In this document: piece by piece, positions 31,050 to 41,400 of the stretch
Position numbering within the stretch: position 1 is the stretch's first letter
Layout: each line of letters starts with the position of its first letter
Source of the DNA: Deltaproteobacteria bacterium
GTDB taxonomy: Bacteria > Myxococcota_A > Polyangia > Polyangiales > Houyiibacteriaceae
Reading direction: 5' to 3'
Assembly: GCA_034670305.1 (NCBI GenBank)
Contig: JAXMNT010000042.1
Span: forward strand, 1-64,000
DNA: 64,000 nt
Notes under the pieces: model-generated
What the model saw: only the letters and a program-made list of their open reading frames with translations
The model's database searches: none
Told to the model about the DNA's origin: nothing
Translations under genes and position numbers: made by a program

Positions 31050-32405
31050 ATGGGCCGAACCCCACGAGTCGTCCGTTTCGACGCCCTCTGCATCGGCGTC
31101 CTCCTGTGCGCCCTCGTCGTCCCCTCCGCCGCGTCCGCGCAACGCGCGATGGACCTCGGCCAGGTCGACCTGCGAGGGGCGCGGCACCCGAGGCCGAACG
31201 CGTTCTACATCCTGACGCGCCGCCCGCCGCCCGCGCCGGACCCTGCCTCCCTCCCGCCGGCCCTGCGGCAGTGCGCCGCCGACATCGAAGCCGCGCAGCG
31301 CCGATTGCGGGAACTGTCTCGTCGTCGAAGTCGCGTGCGCGGAGAAGTCACGAACGCAGACTTCGAGGCCGAAGAAGCGATCGAACGGGCCGCCCTCACC
31401 CGCTGCCTCGGCCACCTCCGGTCCGCCCCACCGCTGTCGGACCCGCGGCCCATCGCCGTGGAGTTCTTTCACGCGGAACTCGAGTTTCAAGACGCGATCC
31501 ACCGCTACGTCGACACGATGGACGCTGCGGCCGAGCGCGACGAGTACCTGAGCGTCGACGTGCCCGAGCTCGACGCCTCGACCGCGCTGTACACCCGTCT
31601 GTCCACACGGACGGACCTCACGCCCCAGGAGCGCGCAGAGGCGCTGTATCAGCTCGGGTACGAGACCCACGAATCGGGAGACGGCGAAGCGGCCCGCCCC
31701 ATTCTGGAGCAGGCGCTGTCGATCGAACCCCGCCGAGACCGTCATGGCGAGCTGGCGTTCCGGGTGGCTGAACTCCACTACGACCACCGGAACAACTCCG
31801 AGGCCGCGCGCTTCTACCGCATCGCCGTCGACGCGCCGGAGTCGCCCGAGCGCACGCCCCACCGAGCACTCGCGCTCTACAAACTCGCCTGGGCAGAGTT
31901 CCAAACCGGCAACTGGCTCCTTTCCCTTCGGGCGATTGCGCGACTGAGCTGGGGCCCGCTCGACGAGACCATCGACCAAGACTTGATCGACCTCGCCACG
32001 ATCAACCTGGTGGAGCTCGGCGCCGATCCGGTCCTGGTCCTGCATCTGTTGGGCCACCGTCCCGAGCGGTCCATCGTCGTCCTCCAACACGTCGCGACCG
32101 CGGCCACGGAGCGGGGCCGCTGGCGCTTGGCGGTACGCGCACTGCGAGGGGTCGACCTGGAGCGGGCCACCTTCCTCGAGGCCAACATGGCCGCGGACCC
32201 GGAGGCGCGCGCCCGGGCGTGGGTGACCAACCTGCTCAGCCGATGCGACGAGTACGTCTACCCGCAAGCCGTCGTCCGCGGCCGCGTGGGTCGAACCGCG
32301 TCGAGCCGAATTGGGGAGGCCCTCAACCGCTGCCTTGCGACCGCCGTTCCGACCGTACCCTCCCCTGACCAACCCGCCCGTCCCTACGTCGTCCAGGTCC
32401 GCTGA
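31050..32405 (+). CDS. Secreted TPR protein with GltF-like N-terminal motif and GltD-like TPRs
   Basis: Signal peptide ending ASAQ; RPNAFYILTR motif; TPR-like AEALYQLG, ALYKLAWAEF. Confidence 0.7.
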   Translation: MGRTPRVVRFDALCIGVLLCALVVPSAASAQRAMDLGQVDLRGARHPRPNAFYILTRRPPPAPDPASLPPALRQCAADIEAAQRRLRELSRRRSRVRGEVTNADFEAEEAIERAALTRCLGHLRSAPPLSDPRPIAVEFFHAELEFQDAIHRYVDTMDAAAERDEYLSVDVPELDASTALYTRLSTRTDLTPQERAEALYQLGYETHESGDGEAARPILEQALSIEPRRDRHGELAFRVAELHYDHRNNSEAARFYRIAVDAPESPERTPHRALALYKLAWAEFQTGNWLLSLRAIARLSWGPLDETIDQDLIDLATINLVELGADPVLVLHLLGHRPERSIVVLQHVATAATERGRWRLAVRALRGVDLERATFLEANMAADPEARARAWVTNLLSRCDEYVYPQAVVRGRVGRTASSRIGEALNRCLATAVPTVPSPDQPARPYVVQVR

Positions 32406-32416
32406 AACGCTCCAAT

Positions 32417-32452
32417 GAGAAAGGGCGGCGTTCCGAAGAACACCACCCTCTC
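32417..32452 (-). terminator. Terminator hairpin after the giant TPR gene
   Basis: Minus strand gagagggtggtgttc-ttcg-gaacgccgccctttc (UUCG loop, G:U pairs). Confidence 0.7.
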
Positions 32453-32477
32453 AATCACTCGACCCGAACGACCTGGG

Positions 32478-35400
32478 TCAGACCTGGATCTGGATGCCCA
32501 GCGCTTCGCGCAGCTTGAAGTAGCTCTCCGAGACACTGAAGAGCACGAGCTCCTTCACCTTCTCGTTCGGAGGCAGGTCCGCGCTGCCCTCGGGCGGCAG
32601 TGCGTTGATCATGCGGCGGGCGACGTCCAGATCGTTGCAGACCAAGAAGCCCGCGCGCACGCCCGTGAGTTCGACCGTCTGCATCCATCGTTTGATGTCC
32701 GCGCGGCCGCCCTGGTCCTCGATGAACTTGCGACAGACCGCACGCAATCCGTCGAGCTGGGCCGGCGTCATGTGCGGCGCGAGCTGCGCCACCCACTGGT
32801 CGACCTGCGGATCCGCTGGGCCCTGCCCCGTCATGCGGAGCGCGGCCAGCAGCAGCATGCGCAACTCGGTGTGCGAGTTGAACAGCGTGCGGACGAAGTG
32901 CTCGGTCAGGTAGTAACAAAGGAACCGCGAGATCACGAACATCAGATCCTGCGGGCTGTACCCACTGAGGAGCGTCGATCCAGAGATGACCGCGGGCGGG
33001 TTCGAGCCGGCCAGATGGGCGAGGCCACCGGGCGACTGCTGCTGCAGGTAGAGGCGCGGCTGGGTCGGAATGTTGAGCACCTGCTGCACGAACCCAAAGG
33101 TGCGCGCGAAGGTGACCGTCGACGTCGCCGTGTCCACCGGCTTGAGCCGATGCAGGTTGAGCGCCTTGTCGGACGCGCCCTTCACCGCGAGCAGTGCCGG
33201 TGCCATGAGCTCGAAGATCTTGCTCAGGTAGCGGTTCTCGTCCGGGTGGAAGAGCTCGTTGAACCAGAGGTTCCGCTCGACGCGACCGCGTGGCCGGATG
33301 GGGCCCTGGGTGCGGTACTGGGTGAAGAACTGCTGCTGCTCGTTGTCCGCCTTCTGGAGGAACGTGAGCGTCGCGGCCAGACACCATGCCTTGTCGTACG
33401 CGCGGGCGTCGAAGTAGAGCTTGTACAGCGCGCGGTACGAGTCGACGCGGTAGGGGTCGTGCTTCAGGAGCCACTGGTGCTCGCTGATCGCGTCGGCGAC
33501 CTTGTCCGGCATCGCCGTGAAGAGCTCGGCCAGAATCTGGTGCTGCTGGGGATCGTCGGGCTTGAGCGATGCCGCGGTCTTGAACGCTTCCGCGGCGGCC
33601 TCGAAGTTCTCCTGCCGGTCTCGGTAGATGATGCCGAGCGTGTAGAAGAGGTTGAACTTCAGATCGACGCGACCTTCGAGCCCGATGATTCGGTGGATCA
33701 TCTTGCGGTACGCGCGTTCGAGTGCCTTCCAGTCCTTCTTCGCGTTGAGGATCTTGTTGATCGCTTCGAACGCTTTGAGCTGGTCGGGGTCGAGGTCGAG
33801 CGAGGCGTTGAACTTCTGGAGCGCGAGATCCGAGTCCTTGAGTTCGTCGCGCGTGATGACCGCGACCGTGTAGGCGTACTTCGCCTTCACCTTGTCGCGA
33901 TCGTCGAGTGCGCTGACCTGCTCGATGATCTCGATGGCCTTCTCCCACTGCCGCGTCTCCTGGTACGCGCCGAGCAGCTTGTGAAGGATGCGGTGTTCGT
34001 CGGGCTTGAGGTCCGATGCCTCGCACCACGACTCGATCGCCTTGGCCGGGTTCTGGACCTTGTCCTTCCAGAGAATGCCGATCTCGTGCAGCAACTCGAA
34101 GCGCTCGTCGACGTCGTCGACGGTCTCGAGAATCTGCTTCTTGAAGTGGATGACCTGCTGCCACTCCTGCTGGCCTTCGTAGAGACCGACGACCGCCTCG
34201 AGGGTCTGGCGATGGTGCGGGTCCTCTTCGAGCGCCTTGTCGAACATGTTGAGCGCTTTGCGGCGCTCGCCCTGCTCGCGTTTGATGACGCCCAGCCGGA
34301 AGAAGGTGTCGGTGATCTCGTCGCCGCCGAGTGAGTCCCGGTGGTGGACGAGAAGCATCTGGTAGAACTTGAACGCCTTGCCCCACTCCGCCGCGGCGTA
34401 GTGCGAGGCGGCCACGCCGAGCAAGGTCGGCAAGTGCGTCGAGTCGACCTGGTAGGCCTTCTCGTACGCCTTGATGGCGTCCTCGGTCTTCTCGAGTTTC
34501 ATCGAGGTCTCGCCGAGCAGGAACGCGAGCCGGTGCTGTTCGTCCGGCTCCCGCTTGCCCATGCGCTTCACGAGCATCTCGAGGAGCGGGAACGCCTCGT
34601 CGTTGCGGTCGTGCTTCGTGTAGTGGTCGACGAGCGGAAGCGCGGCGTCTTCGTTGTCGCCGTCCTGCTTGAGCGCCGCTTCCCAGACCTGGATGGCCTT
34701 CTCCGGCTCGTCCAGGTGTTCGTCGTAGAGTCGGCCGAGGTCGACCAACAAACCAGCGACGACCCGCGGGCTCTCCTGGTAGCTCGCCTCTTGCTCGAAG
34801 AGTTTCGCCGCTGCGAGCCAGTCGCCGCTGTCGATCTGGATGGCGCGCATGGCTTGAATCGACTGCACGTGCCCCGGGTCCAGATCGAGGGCCATCTGGT
34901 ACTTGTCGAGCGCAGAGATTCGGTCCCCGAGCTCCTGGTCCAAGATGCGGCCACTGCGGAAGAGCAGGTCGACCTGCTGGGTCGGCTCCTGCACGAGCCG
35001 CGCGAGCTGCTCCATCATTTCGAGCGCCGAGGCGTGATCGCCCCGCTTGTCGTAGATGCGGGTCAGGGCGTCGAGTGCCTCGATGTCCTGATCGTCGATC
35101 GAGAGCACGTTGAGGTACGCATCGACGGCACGGTCTGCGTCGTCGAGGTCCCGGTTGTACGTCTCACCGAGCGCTTTGAAGATGCGCACCTTCTCCGCAC
35201 GATCCGGCGTCGCGTTGATGTGCCGGTCGTAGGTGTCGATGAGCTGTTCCCACTTCTGCATCGTGCGGTAGAGCCGCGCGAGCCCGCCGAGGGAACCGAC
35301 GTGAAGGGGATCGATCTCCAGCACCTGCTCGAGTCGCTCTGCCGCCTTGTCCGGCTTGACGAACTCCTCTTCCCACATGCCCGCGAGCTGCGTGAGGATG

Positions 35401-38400
35401 CCGATGCGTTCCTTCTCGCTCCGGACGACTTCGAACTGCACTTCGAGAACCCCGAGCAGCTCCTGCCACCGCTCGGACCGCGCGTAGAGACGCTCGAGTC
35501 CCTTGAGCGCGGGCAGGTTGAATTCTTCGATCGTCCGCACGTCTTGATAGACCTGGATCGCGCGATCGACGTCCTGCGTCCGGTCTTCGTACACCTCGGC
35601 CAGCTTGAGCTTCGAAGCCACGACCTCCGCCGGTTCACTGACCGCGTCGACCTTGGCGCCGAGGATCTCGAGCAGGCGCTGCCACTGACCGCGCTGCCCA
35701 TAGATGACCTCGAGTTCTTCGATCGCGTCCACGTTGGCCGCGTCGACCTCGAGCGCCTTCTCGTAGTAGCCCGGGGCTTGGTCCGGAATGTTCAGGTGGC
35801 CCGCCGAGAGGCGACCCATCTTCACGTAGGTCTCGGCTTGGATCTTCCGGTCGTCCGTGGTCTGAACGATCTGCCCGTACATGCTCGCGAGCGCGTCCCA
35901 CTGCTGGGTCTTCTCGTAGAGCTCCGCCATCGACACCATGAGGTGCACGTTGCCCGGGTCGACGGCCTGAACCTGCTGGTAGTACGGCAGCGCGTAGTCC
36001 GGATGGTCGAGCTCCTGGCCGTACCACTTCGCGCACTGCAAGCAGAGCGTGATCTTGGTCTCCTGGTCCTCGGCTTCGGCCAGCGCCTCGTTCGCCGCTG
36101 TGAGCAACTCGTTCCACCGGTTCGCGAGCCGCGTGACGCGGGTCAGCTCGGTCAGGGTCTTCTCGTCCGCGTAGTCGAGCGACCACGCGACCTGGAGCGC
36201 ATCGAACGCCTGGTCGTTGTCGTCGAGTTTGTCCTCGTAGACCTTCGCGACCTTGCCAAGCAGGCGCACGCTCTCTTCGAGGTCTTCGCTCTCTTCGACC
36301 TTCACGACGTACATGTCGATGAGGTCTTCCCAGCGCTGGGCGGCGTCGTGGAGCTTCTCGAGTTCCTGGAACGCGAACTCGTGGTTGCCGTCGAGCTCGA
36401 GGATCCGCTGGTAGGCACTCGTGCCCCCATCCGGGTTCTCGACCTGCGTCGCCCAAGACTGGGCGATCGTGAGCAGCTGCGTGATCTTGTCGTCGGGCGC
36501 CTCGTAGGCGATGACCCGCTTCTCCATCACCCCGATCGCGTCCTCCCAGTTGGACTGCTCTCGGTGGATGTGTTCCAGCGCGTCGATGGCCTGGAAGTTC
36601 CGCGGGTTGAGCTCGACCGCGTGTTCGAACGCGTCGACCGCGTCCGCCGGCTGCTCGAGCTGCGTTGCGTAGAGGTGACCGAGCTGCATGTAGACCCCCT
36701 CGAGCTGCGCGTCTTCGAGGGTGGCGGCGCCGACCTCGATGATGCGATGCAGGGTGTCGACCAGTTCGTGCTGCTGGTTGCCCGCGCGGTGGATCTCCGC
36801 GATGTGGAAGAGCGCGAATGTGTTGCCGGGGTCGATCCCGAGCACGTTCTCCCAGGAGTCGAGCGCGTTGCGCTCGCGCTGGAGCTTCTCGTACCAGATG
36901 CGCCCGAGGTCCGCGTACACCGCGACCCGGAAGCTGTCGTCCTCGGCGATGGAGACCTCGCGTTCGAGCACCTCGACGAGTTCTGGCCACTGCTCACGAC
37001 GCGCGTAGATCGAGCCCAGCGCGTTGAGCGCTTCGGGGTCCTCGCCCCGCAGGTCGAGCACGCGCCGCCAGAGTTCGATCGCGCGATCGAAGTCGCCGAG
37101 TTGATCGGCGGCGAGGTGCGCCATCTTCGCGAGAATGTGCGCCTGGTTCGTGTCGCCGAACACGACGTCGAGTTCCTTCTCGAACGCCGCGGAGAGCTCC
37201 GGCCACGCACCCTGTCGCGTGTAGATCTCCTGCAGTGCCTTGATGGACTCACCGTGCTCCGGCTCGAGGTCGCCGAGCACCTGCTGGTAGACGGCGATCG
37301 CGGTCTCGGTCTGGCCGAGTTCGTTCTCGAGCACCTGTCCGAGTCGGTAGTGGAAGTCGACCAGATCCTGCGGCACGTCGCTGGCCGCGATGCGCTTGCG
37401 CAGCACCTCGGCGAGCGCGGCATGCGCGCCGTGTTCGACGTAGAAGCGGTCGAGTCCAGCGAGGATCTCCTCGTCGGTGTCGGTCACGCCGAGCACGAAG
37501 CGCAACGCTTCCTCGGCCCGCGCGACATCGCCGAGTTCCTCTTCGTAGACGCGGGCCAGTCGTTTGCCGATGGACGCCTGTTGTTCGATCGCGAGCTGCG
37601 CATCCTCGGTCACCGCCGGCATCGCCAACGTGTCCGCGTAGGTCATCGCCAGCTGCGGCCAACCGTCGAGAATGGATGCGAGCCGTTCGACTTCGCCGAG
37701 CGTGTGGTCGTGGGACGGGTCCTCGAAGAGTGCCCGCTGCATCCAGGTGAACGCCCGCTGGTGGTCGGAGGCTCGCTCTTCGGCGATCTCGCTGATGCGA
37801 TGCATCATCGAGACGCGTTCGATGACATCGGGCTGATACTCGAGCTGCACTTCGTGCACGTTGAGCAGTCGGTCCCACGCCTCCTGCATCCGGTAGAGCG
37901 GCTCGAGGATCTCTCCGATGCGCAGTGGCGAGATGCCCTCTGCAAAGAGGAGTTCGAGGGCACTCATCGCCGGCTGGTGTTCGGGCGCCGCCGCGAGGAT
38001 CTCCTGGTAGCGCTCGATGGCTTGGTCGACCTGGCCGAGGTGCTCTTGATGCACCTGTCCGAGCCGGAACTGCAGCTGGAGAATGTCGTCCGGGCTGGCG
38101 GCGACCATGATCTCCTTCTCGAGAATGCCCGCGAGCTCCGACCACCGTTCGGTGGCTTCGTAGAGCCGGTCGAGCGCTTCGATCGCCTGCACGTGGCCGG
38201 GGTCCGCTTCGACCACGATGGAGTAGCGCTGGATCGCCGCGTCCACGTCGCCGACCTGGACCTCGTAGATCTGAGCGGTCCGGAGCGCCATGTCGACGAC
38301 ATCGTCCGGGTTCTCCTCGCGGATGCGCTGGATCTCCACGTCGTAGAGCGCGGTGACCTGGCCCCAGTTGTCCGTCATCTCGCCAAGGCGCTCGAGCGCG

Positions 38401-41400
38401 GCGAGTGTGTCTTCGTGTCGGTTGTCGAGCGGGAGGGCCCGCCCCTGCGCCTTGAAGGCCTCGGCCGGGTTGTCGAGCGCCATCTCCCAGAGCTCCGAGA
38501 CCATGTGGAGCAGCTCCACCTGGCGGATCGGATCCTGTTCGTGTGCGACCTGGACTTCCACCACACTGACAAGCTTCGGCCACTCGCCGAGCTGTCGGTA
38601 CACCGGCTCGAGCACGCCGGCCGCAGCCACGGGTTCGAGACCGGCGGAGACCATGGACTCGAGCGCGTCGAGGGTCGGCTGGTGGTCCGGCGCCACATCC
38701 AAGATGTCGCGGTAGATGTCGACCGCGCGAACGGGGTCTTCCAACCGGTGGTGCCAGAGGTCCGCGATGCGGTAGCGGTACGAGATGACCTCGCCCGGCT
38801 CGCCACTGAGATCGGCGGCCCGCTCGAGCACGCTGAGCAGCTCACGCCACGCTTCGGTCGCCTGGTAGAGCGCGTCCAGTCGCTGCAGCGCCGTGAGGTC
38901 GTCCGGATCGATCTCCAGGATGCGCTGGTAGCTGTCGATCGCCTTCGTGTTGTCCTGGAGCTCGCGCTCGTAGACCGCGCCCACCTCGGTGTAGAGACGC
39001 TTCTTCTCCTCCGGGTCGACGACGATGTCCGCCTTGAGGGTGTAGACCTCGAGCAGCTTCTCCCAGTTCTCGAGCCGCAGGTTGAGTTCGATCAACTTGT
39101 CGAGGGACGTGACGTCCTCGGGATCGATCTCGAGCGCCTGGTGGTAGACGACGATGGCGTCGGTCGGCCGCTCGAGCAGCTCCTCGTAGATGGCCGCCGC
39201 CCGGTAGAGGTAGTCCTTCTGATCGTCTGGCGAGCTGAGCATCTTGCTCTTCGTCAGGTAGATCTTCGCCAGGTCTTCGTAGCGCTCGCTGAGCTGGAAG
39301 AGACGCTCGAGCGCCGTGGCGGCCTCGATGTGCATCTCGTCGAGCACGAGCACCTTCTGGTAGTGCACGATCGCGCCGGCGTGGTCCTGGAGTTGGTCCT
39401 CGCGAATCTGCGCCGCCTTCACGTGCAGGGTCGCGGCCAGCATCGGATCCTCGACGCCCTCCACCTGCTCTTCGTAGGTGGTCGCCAGCGATTCGGCGTC
39501 GCCAAGGATGGGCGTGAGACGCTCGAGCTGTTCTTGGGTCTGCACGCTCGACGGGTCTTCGGCGAGGGCCCGCGCGTAGCTGGAGAACGCGGCCGGGTAG
39601 TCGTCGAGGGCGACCTCGTAGAGCTCGGCGATGCGGTGCAGCAGTTCCACCCGGCGCTCGGGCGAGCTCGCGTTGGTCGCTTGGATCTCGTGCACGCCGA
39701 TGAGCTTCTTGACCTCGCCCGAGTCGCGGTAGATGGGCTCGAGGATTTCGGCGATCAGCAGCTGGTGTTGTTCGGTCTGGAGCAGCCGCTCCAGGTTCGC
39801 CAGCGCGGCTCCATTCGTCGGCTCTCGAAGCAGCACCTCGCGGTAGATCTCGATCGCCGCGTCGGTGGCGCCCATGCGGGTCTCGCGCAGCTGCGCGAGC
39901 TGGAGCATGAGTTCGATCTGCGCGTCGTCGTCGGTGGCGAGCTCGAGCCGGCGGCCGACGTTGTCTGCGAGTTCCGCCCACATCTCCTTGCGGGCGAAGA
40001 GATCATCCAACGAAGCGAGCGCGCGCTGGCTGGTGGGGTCGATCTCGAGGATCTCCTTGTGGACGCTGATCGCCGTCGTCGGGTCCTCGAGGAACTCGTC
40101 GTGGATGGCGGCCATCTGGGCCAGCAACTCTTCCTGTTGGTCCGGTTCAGCGGACTGCTCCACGCGCCGGCGCAACACCCGCACGAGATCCGTCCACCGT
40201 TCGGTGCGACGGAAGAGCGCGTCGAGCGCGAGCAGGACTTCGAGGTCGCCGGGATCGTCGTCGAGGATCTTGCGGTACGCCGTGACAGCACCGTCCACGT
40301 CTTCGATTTGGGTGTCGAAGACCTGAGCGGCCTTCAGCCAGAGTGCACGCCGCAACTCGGGCTGCTCCTCGTCCGTGGCCAGCTCACCAAGCAAGCTCAC
40401 GAGCTGTGGGAACCGGTCGTGGCCGACGGCAATGGTCTCGAGCCGGGCCAGGGTGTCCGTGCTGCTCGGTTGCTCGCGCAGCGCCTCTGCGTAGGACGCG
40501 AACGACAGGTCGACGTTGTCGAGGCGCTCGCCGTAGACCTCGCCGATCTTGGTGAGCAGGTCGAGGCGCTGATGGGGGTCGTCGCTGCCGTCGTGAAGAA
40601 CGCGCAACGCGTGGATGAGAGGCTCGAAGTCGCCCCGCATCTCGTAGACGGGTTCGAGAATCTCGGCGGCACGAACGCCGACCTCAGGATCGGAGAGGAG
40701 TTCCTCGAGTGCCGCACGCCCACCGTCGTGCTCCGGGAGAATCGTGAGCACTTCGCGGTGGAGATCCACCGCGCGGCCCTTGTCGTCCAGATGGTTCGAG
40801 AGCGCGAGCGCGAGGCGGAACTTCAGCGCCGCGAGCTCCTCGTGCGTCTCTGGGTTGAGGTCGATTCGCCGCTCGAGGATCTGTGCGAACTCGGCCCAGC
40901 GCTCCTGCGCTTCGAACAGCCGGTCGAGCGCGCGGAACGCCTCGATCTCTTCGTCGCCGTACTCCGCGAGAATGCTGTTGTAAGCCTCGATGGCCTGCGC
41001 GGGGTCGCCGAGCTGTTGCTCGATGAGGTGTGCGCGCTGGTACGCGATCGAGCGCCGGGTCTCCGGATCGCTCTCGAGTTCCATCCGGCGATCGATGACC
41101 TCGAGCAGCGGCGCCCACGCCTCGGTCTGCTGGTACAGCTCGCTGAGCTTTGCGATCGCACCGAGGTGGTCGCTTCTCAGGTCGTACACAGCCTTGTACT
41201 GCGCGATGGCTTCTTCGGTCTTCTCGACCTTCGTCAGAACGCCGCCGAGGCTCATGCGAAGTTCGACCTCGTCGTCTTCGATCTCCGCGCGTTCGATCGC
41301 GGCACCAAAGGCCTCGACCACTTTGTCCCAGCCACTCGTTGCTTCAGCGAGGCGCTCGACGTCTTCGCGCACGACCTCCTGGGTCGGCATCACACCGAAC

